This document shows, piece by piece, positions 10,384 through 21,124 of a DNA stretch of 33,464 nt. The translations under genes were made by a program, and so were the position numbers. Numbering within the stretch: the first letter of the stretch is position 1; the number at the start of each line of letters is the position of its first letter. This DNA is from Octopus bimaculoides (lineage: Eukaryota), in assembly GCF_001194135.2 (NCBI RefSeq), contig NC_068997.1:32185182-32218645 (forward strand). The letters run 5' to 3'. Under the pieces are notes generated by a model. That model was not told where the DNA came from and made no database searches. It saw only the letters and a list, made by a program, of their open reading frames with translations.

Positions 10384-10826
10384 ATATAAGTGAACCCCGA
10401 CTCATTAAATTAAAATGTAAGCTCACCCTTAACATACTCCTGACGCCATCTTAGCGTGACACAATATGTCCTTTTTAACTATAGCTGCCTTTCTATCCAA
10501 TTTCACTCACGAGGATTGAGTTACCTTACGTCGATGACAAAGACATTTGTCCAAGATACTGTGCAGTAAGATCATATATGTGATTTCATGATTGCGTAGC
10601 AAACCTTTTAACCGCTTAACCATGCCTACGTCAACCGAAGCAATTTTGCGACAGTAAAGTGGGGGGGGGGAGAAAAAGAAATGAAAGTAATCAAAAGAAA
10701 ACCGAAAGTATAAAAATATCTTAATGGTAATTTGAAAAAGACATTATGCATTTATCATCGCTTATCATGAGGTTTGGTTAAAAACGGGAAAAACAACGTG
10801 TTAAATGAATCAGTGATAAATGACTA

Positions 10827-11279
10827 GGCACAGACGCGACAAAGTTGTAAGAAGCTTGCTTCCCAACCACTTGGTTCTGGGTTCAGTTCCATTGCGTGGT
10901 ACCTTGGGCAAGTGTCTTCTACTCTAGCCTCGGGCCAACTAAAGCCTTGTGAGTAGATTTGCTAGACGGAAAATGAAAGAATCCCGTCGTATATATATAT
11001 ATATATATATATATATGCAAATGTTGAACTTTGAAAATGAGTGCTCAACACTGCATTGGTGGATATAATTTCTTTATTTGTGAATGAAGGCTCTCCATTT
11101 TGGAATATACAGTCTTCCAAAAACACAATTTTCTAAAATGGAAGCTTGAAAAAGTGTTTAGACACTAGGATATCTTCCTATTTTTTTTAACATGAAACCA
11201 ATGGTAGCCTTAATTCACAAATAAGAAAAAGCAATAAATACACACGTATATATGCATGTATGTGTGTATGTGAGAGTGT

Positions 11280-11320
<41 letters not shown>

Positions 11321-11505
11321 CGTTCTGTATCTATGTTTGTCCCTACCACCGTTTGACAACCGGTGTTGGTGTATTTATGTCCCCATAGCCTAGCGGTTCG
11401 GCAAATTAGACCCACAAAATAAGTATCAGGCTTAAAAGGAAAATAAGTACACGGGTTGATTCAGTCGACTAAACATTCTTCAGGGCAGTGCTCCAGCATG
11501 GTTGG
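10827..11505 (+). mobile_element. SINE family B with about 220 bp of extra sequence in its internal microsatellite
   Basis: 5' half 10827-10990 includes GGTTCAGTTCC (B-box-like) and CCTTGGGCAAGTGTCTT (CORE-like); 3' half about 11322-11505; unrelated sequence at about 11018-11240 between (TA)n and (TG)n. Confidence 0.8.
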
Positions 11506-11641
11506 AGCAAGAGGAATATAAAAAGATAATAGAACATATGGGAAAAATAGGTTTCGTTCTGAGAACTCTAGTTGTCTCCTTGAAGGATCTAAATAACATT
11601 TCCAAAGCAGTCTTTAAACTCACATAGCGATATTGTTTCTT

Positions 11642-11873
11642 TTTATTTTTTTTACTGCCCACAAGGGGCTACACAGAGGGGACAAACAAGGACAGACAAA
11701 CGGATTAAGTCGATTATATCGACCCCAGTGCGTAACTGGTACTTATTTAATCGACCCCGAAAGGATGAAAGGCGAAGTCGACCTCGGCGGAATTTGAACT
11801 CAGAACGTAGCGGCAGACAAAATACCGCTAAGCATTTCGCCCGGCGTGCTAACGTTTCTGCCAACTCGCCGCC
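11642..11873 (-). mobile_element. SINE family A, full-length, low divergence, with TSD
   Basis: Complete head and body with tail ...GTCTGTCCTTGTTTGTCCCCTCTGTGTAGCCCCTTGTGGGCAGTAAAA; CGATATTGTTTCTT at 11628-11641 and 11884-11897. Confidence 0.95.
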
Positions 11874-12108
11874 TTATATATAACGATATTGTTTCTTGTT
11901 TGGAAAATAATAGAGCAAAATTGAACAACATATGACCAATGAATTATAGAAATAATAATAATAAAAATTATACCAAAAGAAGGAGAATCTTTGATTGATT
12001 GCTGATCGATGTTTTCCCAGATCAATTCGTAAGGAGCGTAACATGGTTCACGATTCAATTTACCGTATTATTCCAGATCTGCGGTGAATGAATCAGCGAT
12101 GCATGAGG

Positions 12109-12453
12109 ATGGCTCCGGGTTCATTCTCACTGCGTGGTACCTTGGGCAAGGGTCTTTTGCTATAGTCCAAAGCCTTGTTAGTGAGATTTGGCACACGGAA
12201 ACTGAAAGAAGCCCGTCGTGTGTGTGCGCGCGTGTGTGTGTGTATGTGTGTGTGTTGACCTCACCACCGCTTGAGAACCGGTGTTAATGTGTTTACGTCC
12301 CTCTAGCTTAGCTGTTTGGCAAAAGAGACCGATAGAATAGGTGCTAAGCTTTAAAAAAGTACTAGAGGTCGATTCATTCGACTACAAATCCTTCAAGATG
12401 GTGCCCCAGCATGACCACAATTTAATGATTGAAACAATATACAATATAAAAGA
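12109..12453 (+). mobile_element. SINE family B, 5'-truncated
   Basis: GTACCTTGGGCAAGGGTC...GGAAACTGAAAGAAGCCCGTCG(TG)n...GAGAACCGGTG...GTCGATTCATTCGAC...CCCCAGCATGACC. Confidence 0.9.
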
Positions 12454-13303
12454 TTTATAGGACAAATTAGATATGTGAAAATGTAATTATGATTGCTGGA
12501 CATGTCATCAATCAAACAGAATAGGAACAGGTGCCATCGCAATTTATTCTTTGCCAATTTTCACTTCACTTCATTAATCTGAAAATTTGAACACAGGATC
12601 CATTTAAAATCATGAAATATAGTGAGTGATGAATAACTTTATGAATATAAAAGTTCCGTTACCTAATCTGACCTGAAACTCAAATACCGGAGATCAAACG
12701 CGCATCAGGTAGAATCTATGGTTACATCATATTTTAGGAAGAAATGTGTTAATGAAATATGTATTTCTTATCTATGTTACGGCCGTCACTTTCAGTTTTT
12801 CGTGTTATTTTTTCACATTTTACTTTTATAACATTCGTATCTTAAAATAAAATTAAAGATAAGAATTTCACCCAACATGTAAGCAACGTATAATTGTACA
12901 TTTATAATTACGTACCTAGTCATAATTTCAGTTGAAAACATAGTGAAATGGTGAAAGTACAATTCGAAGGTCTTTACATTATTTTCATAATTGAAAATGA
13001 TAAAGTACTGCATGTTCTTTCTTTCCGAGTTTTCTGTTTACGAATATATATCTTTATGTAAACAAGCAGAAAAACCGCCCGGAGGACGGTTTTCTGATGG
13101 CATACGTGTTGCACATATTGATATTATATGTACATATAGATATGATACATAACTTATAGAGTAAATTGACAATATGTTCATGAAAAAAGACTCTGTTATA
13201 GTTTATTCTGTAATCAGTAAAATAATCCATGATACATTAAAAAAAGACGATAACGAAAATTGGAAAAGAGATGAGACTGTCAAAAGACTATCAAGAGATG
13301 TGC

Positions 13304-13535
13304 TTATTTTTTTTTGCATAACAAACTAAACCTTGGTGTAATATTTGACACTGCTGGACGTAAAGCATCTTCTACGTTTTTCAGCGTTGAACGAGTTTTG
13401 GCTTTAGTAAGGGTTAAAGCTGAAAAAGTCGTTTCACATAGGTATGTAGTGCTAAATGACAAAAGAACATATAATGCTATTTCAGAAATAACATATAAAT
13501 TGAAATTCAAGTGACCCATAGTTTAAGAAGCACTG
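13304..13535 (-). mobile_element. hAT-Charlie relic: TIR joined to transposase C-terminus
   Basis: Minus ORF ALYVLLSFSTTYLCETTFSALTLTKAKTRSTLKNVEDALRPAVSNITPRF matches the hAT C-terminal dimerisation region; minus-strand TIR CAGTGCTTCTTAAAC at 13521-13535, followed on plus by ATCTAAAG. The other TIR was not found. Confidence 0.85.
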
Positions 13536-13835
13536 ATCTAAAGTATCCCACTCATAATCGACGTATCGTTTTTTTTTTTTTTTTCAGGCAGTAATATTTG
13601 GGAAAAAATAATGAAATAGGTTTTTTCTAGTTGTAGGTCGGCACGTTGTGAATCAAGGGAGATTTGTCTACTATATCTAACAGGGTCGTTTTACTCTATT
13701 TGATTGCTATGTTAAGCAATATTAACTTATGTATACCTATATGCAGTTTTAGAATAGAAAAAAGAAAAGGGAAAAGGAAAAGGAAAAAAGAAAAGAAAAA
13801 TACAGTAACCCAGACAATAGTCTAAAGAAAGTTAA

Positions 13836-13852
13836 CTATGACACAGTGGGTG

Positions 13853-13906
<54 letters not shown>

Positions 13907-14087
13907 TATCATCATCATCTTCATCATTGTTTTTGAGTTGTACTTCCAACTCTACTGCATACAACATTACGGATAGTTCTGATGCGTCTTCCGGAATTTT
14001 ACTCTCTAATGTGTTCTTTAAGTGTGAGGGTCCGTCAACAGAAAGTGATGTCCGTATGGGGGGAGAATCAATCTTAAGTAACAATTT
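13836..14087 (-). CDS. Candidate terminal coding exon of an unidentified gene, acidic poly-Asp tail
   Basis: Minus-strand acceptor TTTTATTTTATCTCACTGATATAGTTTTCAG| opens a phase-0 frame KLLKIDSPPIRTSLSVDGP...MLYAVELEVQLKNNDED(D-rich)APTVS*; GC is higher than the flanks. No partner exons confirmed. Confidence 0.5.
13853..13926. repeat. (CAT)n trinucleotide repeat
   Basis: More than 20 CAT units with few interruptions. Confidence 0.95.
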
Positions 14088-14261
14088 CTGAAAACTATAT
14101 CAGTGAGATAAAATAAAAGCATGTGTAAATACAAATATAAATGTAAAACAATGTATTTTGTTGCGTGATAAAGGAAAAGAAATATCAACGCTTTTTATTA
14201 TCTCCCTTTCTCTAGTAGAGAAGGGAGATAATATGCTAGAACACTGCCATCACACGAATTT

Positions 14262-14460
14262 GGGAGAGCTGGTCGAATCGGTTGCACGCCGGACAAAATG
14301 TTTAGCGGATTTCTTTCGATTTCACATTCTGAGGTCGACTTTACTTTTCATCTATTCGGGGTCGATAAAATAAGTACCTTTTGAGCACTGAAATCGTTGT
14401 AATCGACTAGCCCCCAAACCCAAACTTTTAAGCTTTCTGCATCTACAAGACAGAAAGAAA
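14262..14460 (+). mobile_element. SINE family A, diverged
   Basis: GGGAGAGCTGGTCGAATCGGTTGCACGCCGG...GAGGTCGACTTTACTTTTCATCTATTCGGGGTCGATAAAATAAGTACC. Confidence 0.85.
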
Positions 14461-14682
14461 TATTGGTTTCAAATTTTGGCACAAGGCCAGCAATTTTAGA
14501 GGTAGAGGGTTAGTCGATTACATCATCGACCCCCACTGCTCAACTGATACTTATTTAATTGATCCCGAAAGAATGAAAAGCAAAGTCGACCTTGGTGAAA
14601 TGTGAACTCGGAACGCAAAGGCGGACGAAATGCCGCTAAGCATTTTTTCCGACGTGCTAACGGTTCAGCCAACTTGCCGCCT
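14461..14682 (-). mobile_element. SINE family A, tail-to-tail with the preceding copy
   Basis: Reverse complement full-length copy with tail GGCCTTGTGCCAAAATTTGAAACCAATA. Confidence 0.9.
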
Positions 14683-15756
14683 TAATAGCAAGAAATGTTT
14701 CCATCACTTGTTTATCACAACATCCGAGCTTTTTCTTATCCGTCTTCCATTTCTCGAGAAACTTATTTTATTGGAGACTTATTTTCACTTTTATACACAG
14801 CAAAACACATGGACTTCCAATTTATTTTAAAATATCTTTATTCAGTTGGATTAATTAGGCCAACACAAATCCACAGAGGATTTCTTGGATCTTAAGCTTT
14901 TGTATTAAAAAGTGAGAATCCAGCACATAACGATTTTGTTGGCGCTTGCTGTTGAAATATTTCCAATGTCTTTTATATTTTGAAAGTGGCAGCAAACTAT
15001 GTCGAATATAGATAATAGTTATCACCTTGCTATCAAGACTTTGCATTTTAAAAGTTTTATTTTTAAAATTTCAAAAAGAAATCTCTTGAAATCTCTTCAA
15101 AAAGAAATCTCTTGAAATATGTTTTATGACGGACATCTTATCAGAATACTCTCTCAGGTCAATAACTTTGCGGTCAATGGCTTGTAGTAATAACACGTAC
15201 ACAGATAAAGAGAGAAAGAAAGTGAGTGGGGAAGCAGTCAGAGGAGGAGGAGAAAGAGAAGGAGAGACCCACTCATACGCTCACACCTACATAGCCAAAC
15301 ATTATATACAAATATGTACACACTGACATAGGAGCACATACGCAGTAGCTTATAGTAATAAAATAAATACACTGATATACGCATGCATGTACATGCACAC
15401 ATATATATGAACATATGTGCAATAACCTGCAGTAAAAACATATATACATACTTATATAGACACACACATGTATAACGACATATGAACACAAACAGTGGCA
15501 CACACACACACACACACACATATGCACTGAAACATATGAGCACATGCACACAAACGTGCACACGCACACACACACACACACATACATACACACATATATA
15601 CACAGCATACTCAATCATTTGCTAAGACATATATGCATGCATATATAGAGTCAGAGAGACCAACTGCCTGCATATATACATGCATAGACACAGTTTTTGT
15701 ATCATATAATTATAACGTATACACAAACACGAGGGTGTGTAGAGATCATGTATCTA

Positions 15757-16523
15757 CAAAGTGGATTCCAGAAGTTTTCAGACATCTTCAGAAGGGACAT
15801 TTATGCATTTCAAAGAAGTACAAAACTCTAATCTCTTTCAAAGTAGGACCCTCTGACTTCAATACACTTGTTCTAGCACTCCAGCCATTTCATGAAGGCC
15901 CTATGGAGGTCCTCCAAACCGAAGATGCTCAAGACCCTTGCCACAGCCTCCTTCATCTTCAAACGACTCGCTCCTGAGGTTGTCCTTCAGCCTGGAGAAC
16001 GACCAAAAGTCACAGGAAGCAAGATCTGGACTGCAGGGAATGTGAGGGACAGTTTTGATGTCTATTTCTGTCAAGCAATTAGTTACCAGGATGCTCGTTA
16101 CTGAGCACCTTGGGAAAAAACTTCGCACAAATTTTCAGAACTTCATGAATAATTCTGTGTACAGTCGCTGCATCAACTCCAAACTCTATGCTTATTGTCT
16201 TTAGACACACAAGTCTTCACGCAGAAAATTGCGTATTTTCTCAACCAGCTTTGATGTTTTGTTGCTTCTCTCCCTCCCACGCTTCTCACACCTTCTCTCT
16301 ATCATCCTTGAAAATTTAATCCACAGACAGCTGGAGTATGTCAGTGTTTTGTATGGTGTGTTCCAAGTGTTGTTATAGCCGTCTCCTTCAATCTGGAAGA
16401 ATTAAAGTTAGCATGTTAGCTTATAAGATGTAAAGTAATGATATACTAAAAATACAGTAATCTAGGACAGTTGTTGCAAAAAAAAACCAAAAAAAACCCC
16501 AAAAACTTCTGGAATGCACCTTG
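15757..16523 (-). mobile_element. Mariner deletion derivative with both TIRs and TA TSDs
   Basis: TA|CAAAGTGGATTCCAGAAGTTTT and AAAACTTCTGGAATGCACCTTG|TA (20/22 match). The minus strand encodes PHIPCSPDLASCDFWSFSRLK (YSPDL-type motif) and HTH-like N-terminal remnants. Confidence 0.9.
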
Positions 16524-17104
16524 TATGTATGTTTGTATGAAAAAAATATTTATATCTGACTTCTATACCGAAATAGTTATCGGAGTCAGTTGCAGATGTG
16601 GACAATTCATTCAGAATCAGTGAGAAAGAATGTTTACGGGCAACAGTTTTTTTTTTTATCCAGATCATATATTTATATTTGTATTATGATTATTGGTGTT
16701 ATTAATAATCAAATATTTATGTAGAACTCTCCAAAAACTGGAGTTTTTAGTAAAAAAATTAAACAACAAGCACGCATTTGCTATACATACATATATACGT
16801 ACGTGCACACACACACACACGCACACACACACACACATACACACACCACATACATACATAGACATATAGGTAAACGTACACAGATACTTGTAGGTATATC
16901 CGAAACTTCGAAGTCACTGTCAACAACATTCTTGGATAAGAAAAATAAATTTGTACTCTACAACAATATAGAATAACTCAGATTAATGTAAAACTGCTTT
17001 TATTATAAGTGAATATAAAAAACAAATATCAGAATAGGTATATATATAATTGTATATGTATGTGTATATATGTGTGAGCATGTAAGACTCTGTGTGTGTG
17101 TGTA

Positions 17105-17180
17105 TCTCCAAGTTCAAATCTAGCTGGAGTCAACTTTGTCTTTCATCAGCACGAGGTCAATAATTAAAATACCAGAGTAC
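17105..17180 (+). mobile_element. SINE family A internal fragment
   Basis: AAGTTCAAATCTAGCTGGAGTCAACTTTGTCTTTCATCAGCACGAGGTCAATAATTAAAATACCAG aligns by eye to the family A B-box and body. Confidence 0.6.
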
Positions 17181-17459
17181 GGCAGATTGGCCAAATTAAA
17201 ATGGGATGAGATGGATAGCTTTCTGACTGCCTTGTATTCTGACAGTAACACTGGCGATCACATTGGAATCATGGCGTATCGGCTGGCATTGCATTTCTCG
17301 AGGACAATATGGGTGGGATAAAAAAGAAGGGTGGTGTGGGGGCTTACATACTTAGATAACAACTCTTCTATGAAAATCTTTGCATAGGGCTGCACCTTGA
17401 AGGAGCTTCAGCTATTTAGACTACCTGTAACAAAAATGTCATTGATACGCATATGTGTA

Positions 17460-17467
<8 letters not shown>

Positions 17468-17496
<29 letters not shown>

Positions 17497-17630
17497 NNNN
17501 NNNNNNATGTATGTATGTGTGTATGTATGTATGTATGTATGTGTGTATGTATGTATGTGTGTATGTATGTATGTGTGTATGTATGTATGTATGTGTGTAT
17601 GTATGTATGTACGTATGTATGTATGTATGG
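17468..17630. repeat. (TA)n and (TATG)n microsatellite
   Basis: Direct reading. Confidence 0.95.
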
Positions 17631-17727
17631 AAGTATAGTTCAAATTTACAGTAAACAAAAAATGAAGAGAGGTGAGGGAACAACAAGCAGGTGTATTAGT
17701 TTTGACGCTCGGGAAGAATGGAAAAGT

Positions 17728-17763
17728 CTTTAACGTTTCGAACCTATGCTCTTCGGCAGAAAG
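17728..17763 (-). ncRNA. Minimal type I hammerhead-like motif with non-canonical core
   Basis: Minus strand reads CTTT CTGCCGA A GAGC-ATAG-GTTC GAAA C GTT AAAG: stem I CTTT/AAAG, 4-bp stem II, palindromic ACGT stem III, GUU triplet. The core has C at A6. Confidence 0.6.
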
Positions 17764-18603
17764 GATTGAGAGGGGAAAAAATGGAGAGAGAATGAAAAGA
17801 AAAACAAAACGGTGAGAGAAAATGAAATGCATAGGGATTAACGGTTCAACATAATTTCATCATATTGAACCGTTAATGTGTATGAGTGTATACACACACA
17901 CACACGCACACACACACACATATGTATGTATATATNNNNNNNNNNNNNNNNNNNNNNNNNNNNNNNNNNNNNNNNNNNNNNNNNNNNNNNNNNNNNNNNN
18001 NNNNNNNNNNNNNNNNNNNNNNNNNNNNNNNNNNNNNNNNNNNNNNNNNNNNNNNNNNNNNNNNNNNNNNNNNNNNNNNNNNNNNNNNNNNNNNNNNNNN
18101 NNNNNNNNNNNNNNNNNNNNNNNNNNNNNNNNNNNNNNNNNNNNNNNNNNNNNNNNNNNNNNNNNNNNNNNNNNNNNNNNNNNNNNNNNNNNNNNNNNNN
18201 NNNNNNNNNNNNNNNNNNNNNNNNNNNNNNNNNNNNNNNNNNNNNNNNNNNNNNNNNNNNNNNNNNNNNNNNNNNNNNNNNNNNNNNNNNNNNNNNNNNN
18301 NNNNNNNNNNNNNNNNNNNNNNNNNNNNNNNNNNNNNNNNNNNNNNNNNNNNNNNNNNNNNNNNNNNNNNNNNNNNNNNNNGATTCAACTATACATTAAC
18401 TAAAATACTTTAAATGGTCTGACAAGCTTGTCCTGCCCTGGGTTTGTTTTCCTCTTTCTTTAATTTACATCCACTGACTCGGAAGTCTGCTTCGGATCCC
18501 CAGCTCCAGTCCCCGTTGTGAACTTGGATCCTAACGGATTACCAATTACAGCACTTACGCAGCGTACTTATTGATTTAGATCATCAGTGAACTAAACCCC
18601 TCC

Positions 18604-18637
<34 letters not shown>

Positions 18638-18739
18638 GTGAAGTATATTTGCCACGGTAAATATACTTCACGTTGTCGTGCAGCTACTGTTTATACCTCG
18701 TTCAGAGATTTATTATTGTGTATATACATATATATTTAT

Positions 18740-19150
18740 TTATATCATTGTCGCATTCCATGGTTGTAGCTTTGTCGAGATATACATATTTTTCTTCCTC
18801 GATTGTATCGCCTCCAACCACAACTTTACCGGATCTTCGGATCGCATGTACTTTGCCTTCGCAAGATTGATCCTTAGGCTGACCGTCAAGCCTCTGTTGC
18901 TCGGCTCATTCAGCATAGTCTATAACTGCACTATACTTTCTGCGATGACCGTAATGTCATATGCAAACGGGAGGTGGGTAAGCAGCTCGCCGTTGATTTG
19001 TATGCTACCGTCTCAGTCGATGTGTCTGATGACCAATTCAAGTCATGCCGTGAAGACTTTCGGAAAGATGGTATCTCCTTGTTTGTCTCCCTCTCGACCG
19101 AGTGATGATAACAAGGCTACGTCCGTAGTGCATCTTGAATTTGTCTTCAT
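18740..19150 (-). mobile_element. RTE-clade LINE RT fragment (inverted segment)
   Basis: Minus strand reads QGDTIFPKVFTA*LE...IQINGELLTHLPFAYDITVIAES...LRINLAKAKYM...KYVYLD, matching QGDTISPKLF, HLRFADDI and YVYLG motifs. Confidence 0.9.
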
Positions 19151-19303
19151 TCAGATGGATTGACGATATAAAAAGATAACAATGGGACTGCTATGGAGAA
19201 AGTAGGGGCCGAGATCAAGAACGGAATGAATGAAATCCTGTGACCAGCGGATGCAAAGCGACATCCGACAAGGTAGCCGGTCAAGGTGATCAAGGTGAAT
19301 CGA

Positions 19304-19308
<5 letters not shown>
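19151..19308 (+). mobile_element. Probable 3' end of an RTE LINE with tandem-repeat tail
   Basis: Reads RWIDDIK, then with a 1-nt shift ITMGLLWRK*..RTE*; ends in TCAAGGTGA x2 followed by (ATCT)n. Confidence 0.55.
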
Positions 19309-19346
<38 letters not shown>

Positions 19347-19392
19347 NNNNNNNNNNATATATATATGTGTGTGTGCGTGTGTGTGTGTATAA

Positions 19393-19496
19393 TCTTTTAT
19401 CTTTCTTTTACTTGTTTCAAGCATTTGACTGTGGGTATGCTGGGGCATCGCCTTGAAGGGGTTTTAGTCGAAACAAATCGACCCCAGAACTTATTT
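19393..19496 (-). mobile_element. SINE family B, 3' end only
   Basis: Reverse complement of CTGGGGTCGATTTGTTTCGACTAAAA...CCCCAGCATACC...GAAACAAGTAAAAGAAAGATAAAAGA. Confidence 0.85.
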
Positions 19497-20035
19497 GATC
19501 TATGTATGTATGTATGTATGTATGTATAACAGCAATAATTTAAAATGTGAAGTCAAGTTGATATCACAATTGTTGCCGTAAACGAACGATCTCATTTATT
19601 CTATATCTCATGCAATGTTATGTAATATATGACAATAAGTTATTCCTATAGACCATTCACTTCTTCGGATGCCAAGATTTGAAGGCACAATAGACCTCAT
19701 CGACCTAACTAGGTCGATAGTAACATCTTTAGAAGTGAATGAACACTAGGTTCATTAATTCATATTTCCATATTTTATGGCATGTATTACATAACTTTTT
19801 ATGTAATATGGAATAAATGATATCGTCTGCTTACGGGAACAATTGAAATGTCAAATTTGACTTCTCCTTTCCTCATTTGAATTATTATATTTATTATTCA
19901 CCTTGCGAAGCTTATTGGACTTTACCTAGGAGTTGTGCAAAGTCTTTCGGATCTCCTTTTGATTTTTAAATTCTACGCTAGCTATGATCCAGTGTGATGT
20001 GCTAATGAGGCGATGGCTACTATTTTAATTACCCT

Positions 20036-20059
20036 CTCTATCTATCTATCTATCTATCA

Positions 20060-20098
<39 letters not shown>

Positions 20099-20166
20099 CC
20101 TCCTATCTCTTTTTCTCTCACCCTTCCTCTCTCCCTCCCTCATTCTCTCCTCTCTCTCTCTCTCTG

Positions 20167-20198
<32 letters not shown>

Positions 20199-20201
20199 TA
20201 T
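20036..20201. repeat. Compound (TCTA)n, (TC)n and (TA)n microsatellite
   Basis: Direct reading. Confidence 0.9.
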
Positions 20202-20959
20202 AAGTCAGTAAATAGTGGGGTTGTGTTAACCGCACGTGGAGAAATAATAGGAAAATGAAAAAAAGCCAGAATGCTGAACTGGAAGCATAATTTAATANNN
20301 NNNNNNNNNNNNNNNNNNNNNNNNNNNNNNNNNNNNNNNNNNNNNNNNNNNNNNNNNNNNNNNNNNNNNNNNNNNNNNNNNNNNNNNNNNNNNNNNNNNN
20401 NNNNNNNNNNNNNNNNNNNNNNNNNNNNNNNNNNNNNNNNNNNNNNNNNNNNNNNNNNNNNNNNNNNNNNNNNNNNNNNNNNNNNNNNNNNNNNNNNNNN
20501 NNNNNNNNNNNNNNNNNNNNNNNNNNNNNNNNNNNNNNNNNNNNNNNNNNNNNNNNNNNNNNNNNNNNNNNNNNNNNNNNNNNNNNNNNNNNNNNNNNNN
20601 NNNNNNNNNNNNNNNNNNNNNNNNNNNNNNNNNNNNNNNNNNNNNNNNNNNNNNNNNNNNNNNNNNNNNNNNNNNNNNNNNNNNNNNNNNNNNNNNNNNN
20701 NNNNNNNNNNNNNNNNNNNNNNNNNNNNNNNNNNNNNNNNNNNNNNNNNNNNNNNNNNNNNNNNNNNNNNNNNNNNNNNNNNNNNNNNNNNNNNNNNNNN
20801 NNNNNNNACACATATATCCTATATGTATATATCCTGTATATATGTATATTATAAAAATATATATAAGGATATTATTGTTTACAATAATATCAAGTGGTAT
20901 AGAATGCATAAATAACCATCAAGTTAACACCATAAGGTAAAAAATTATTAATTAATAAT

Positions 20960-21124
20960 TAAGGGTGCTACAAGTGGCACTAGCACACTAAAAATACGGA
21001 TATGACTGGCTTTTCAATTTCCGATTCCCCCGATTTCAATTGATGTGTATCAGTGAAAATTTGTGGTTGTAGTCGTTTTCTGGCTGCTATTTTCAGTCTG
21101 CTGGTGCCACTTGTAGCACCCTTA
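20960..21124. mobile_element. MITE of about 160 bp, superfamily undetermined
   Basis: TAAGGGTGCTACAAGTGGCACTAGC versus GCTGGTGCCACTTGTAGCACCCTTA, 24/25 inverted match, extending imperfectly to about 38 bp. Confidence 0.8.

Noticed and set aside
13846-14091. Plus-strand poly-Ser ORF
   Set aside because: Antisense reading of the (GAT)n tract; the splice acceptor supports only the minus frame.
18560-18600. CTGATGA on the minus strand at 18581-18587
   Set aside because: No stem II followed by GAAA and no cleavage triplet in the required order.
18678-19163. 161-aa plus-strand ORF
   Set aside because: Antisense of the decayed RTE RT fragment on the minus strand.
19903-19975. Minus-strand segment with GT donor-like sites
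   Set aside because: The acceptor lacks a pyrimidine tract and most frames are closed.
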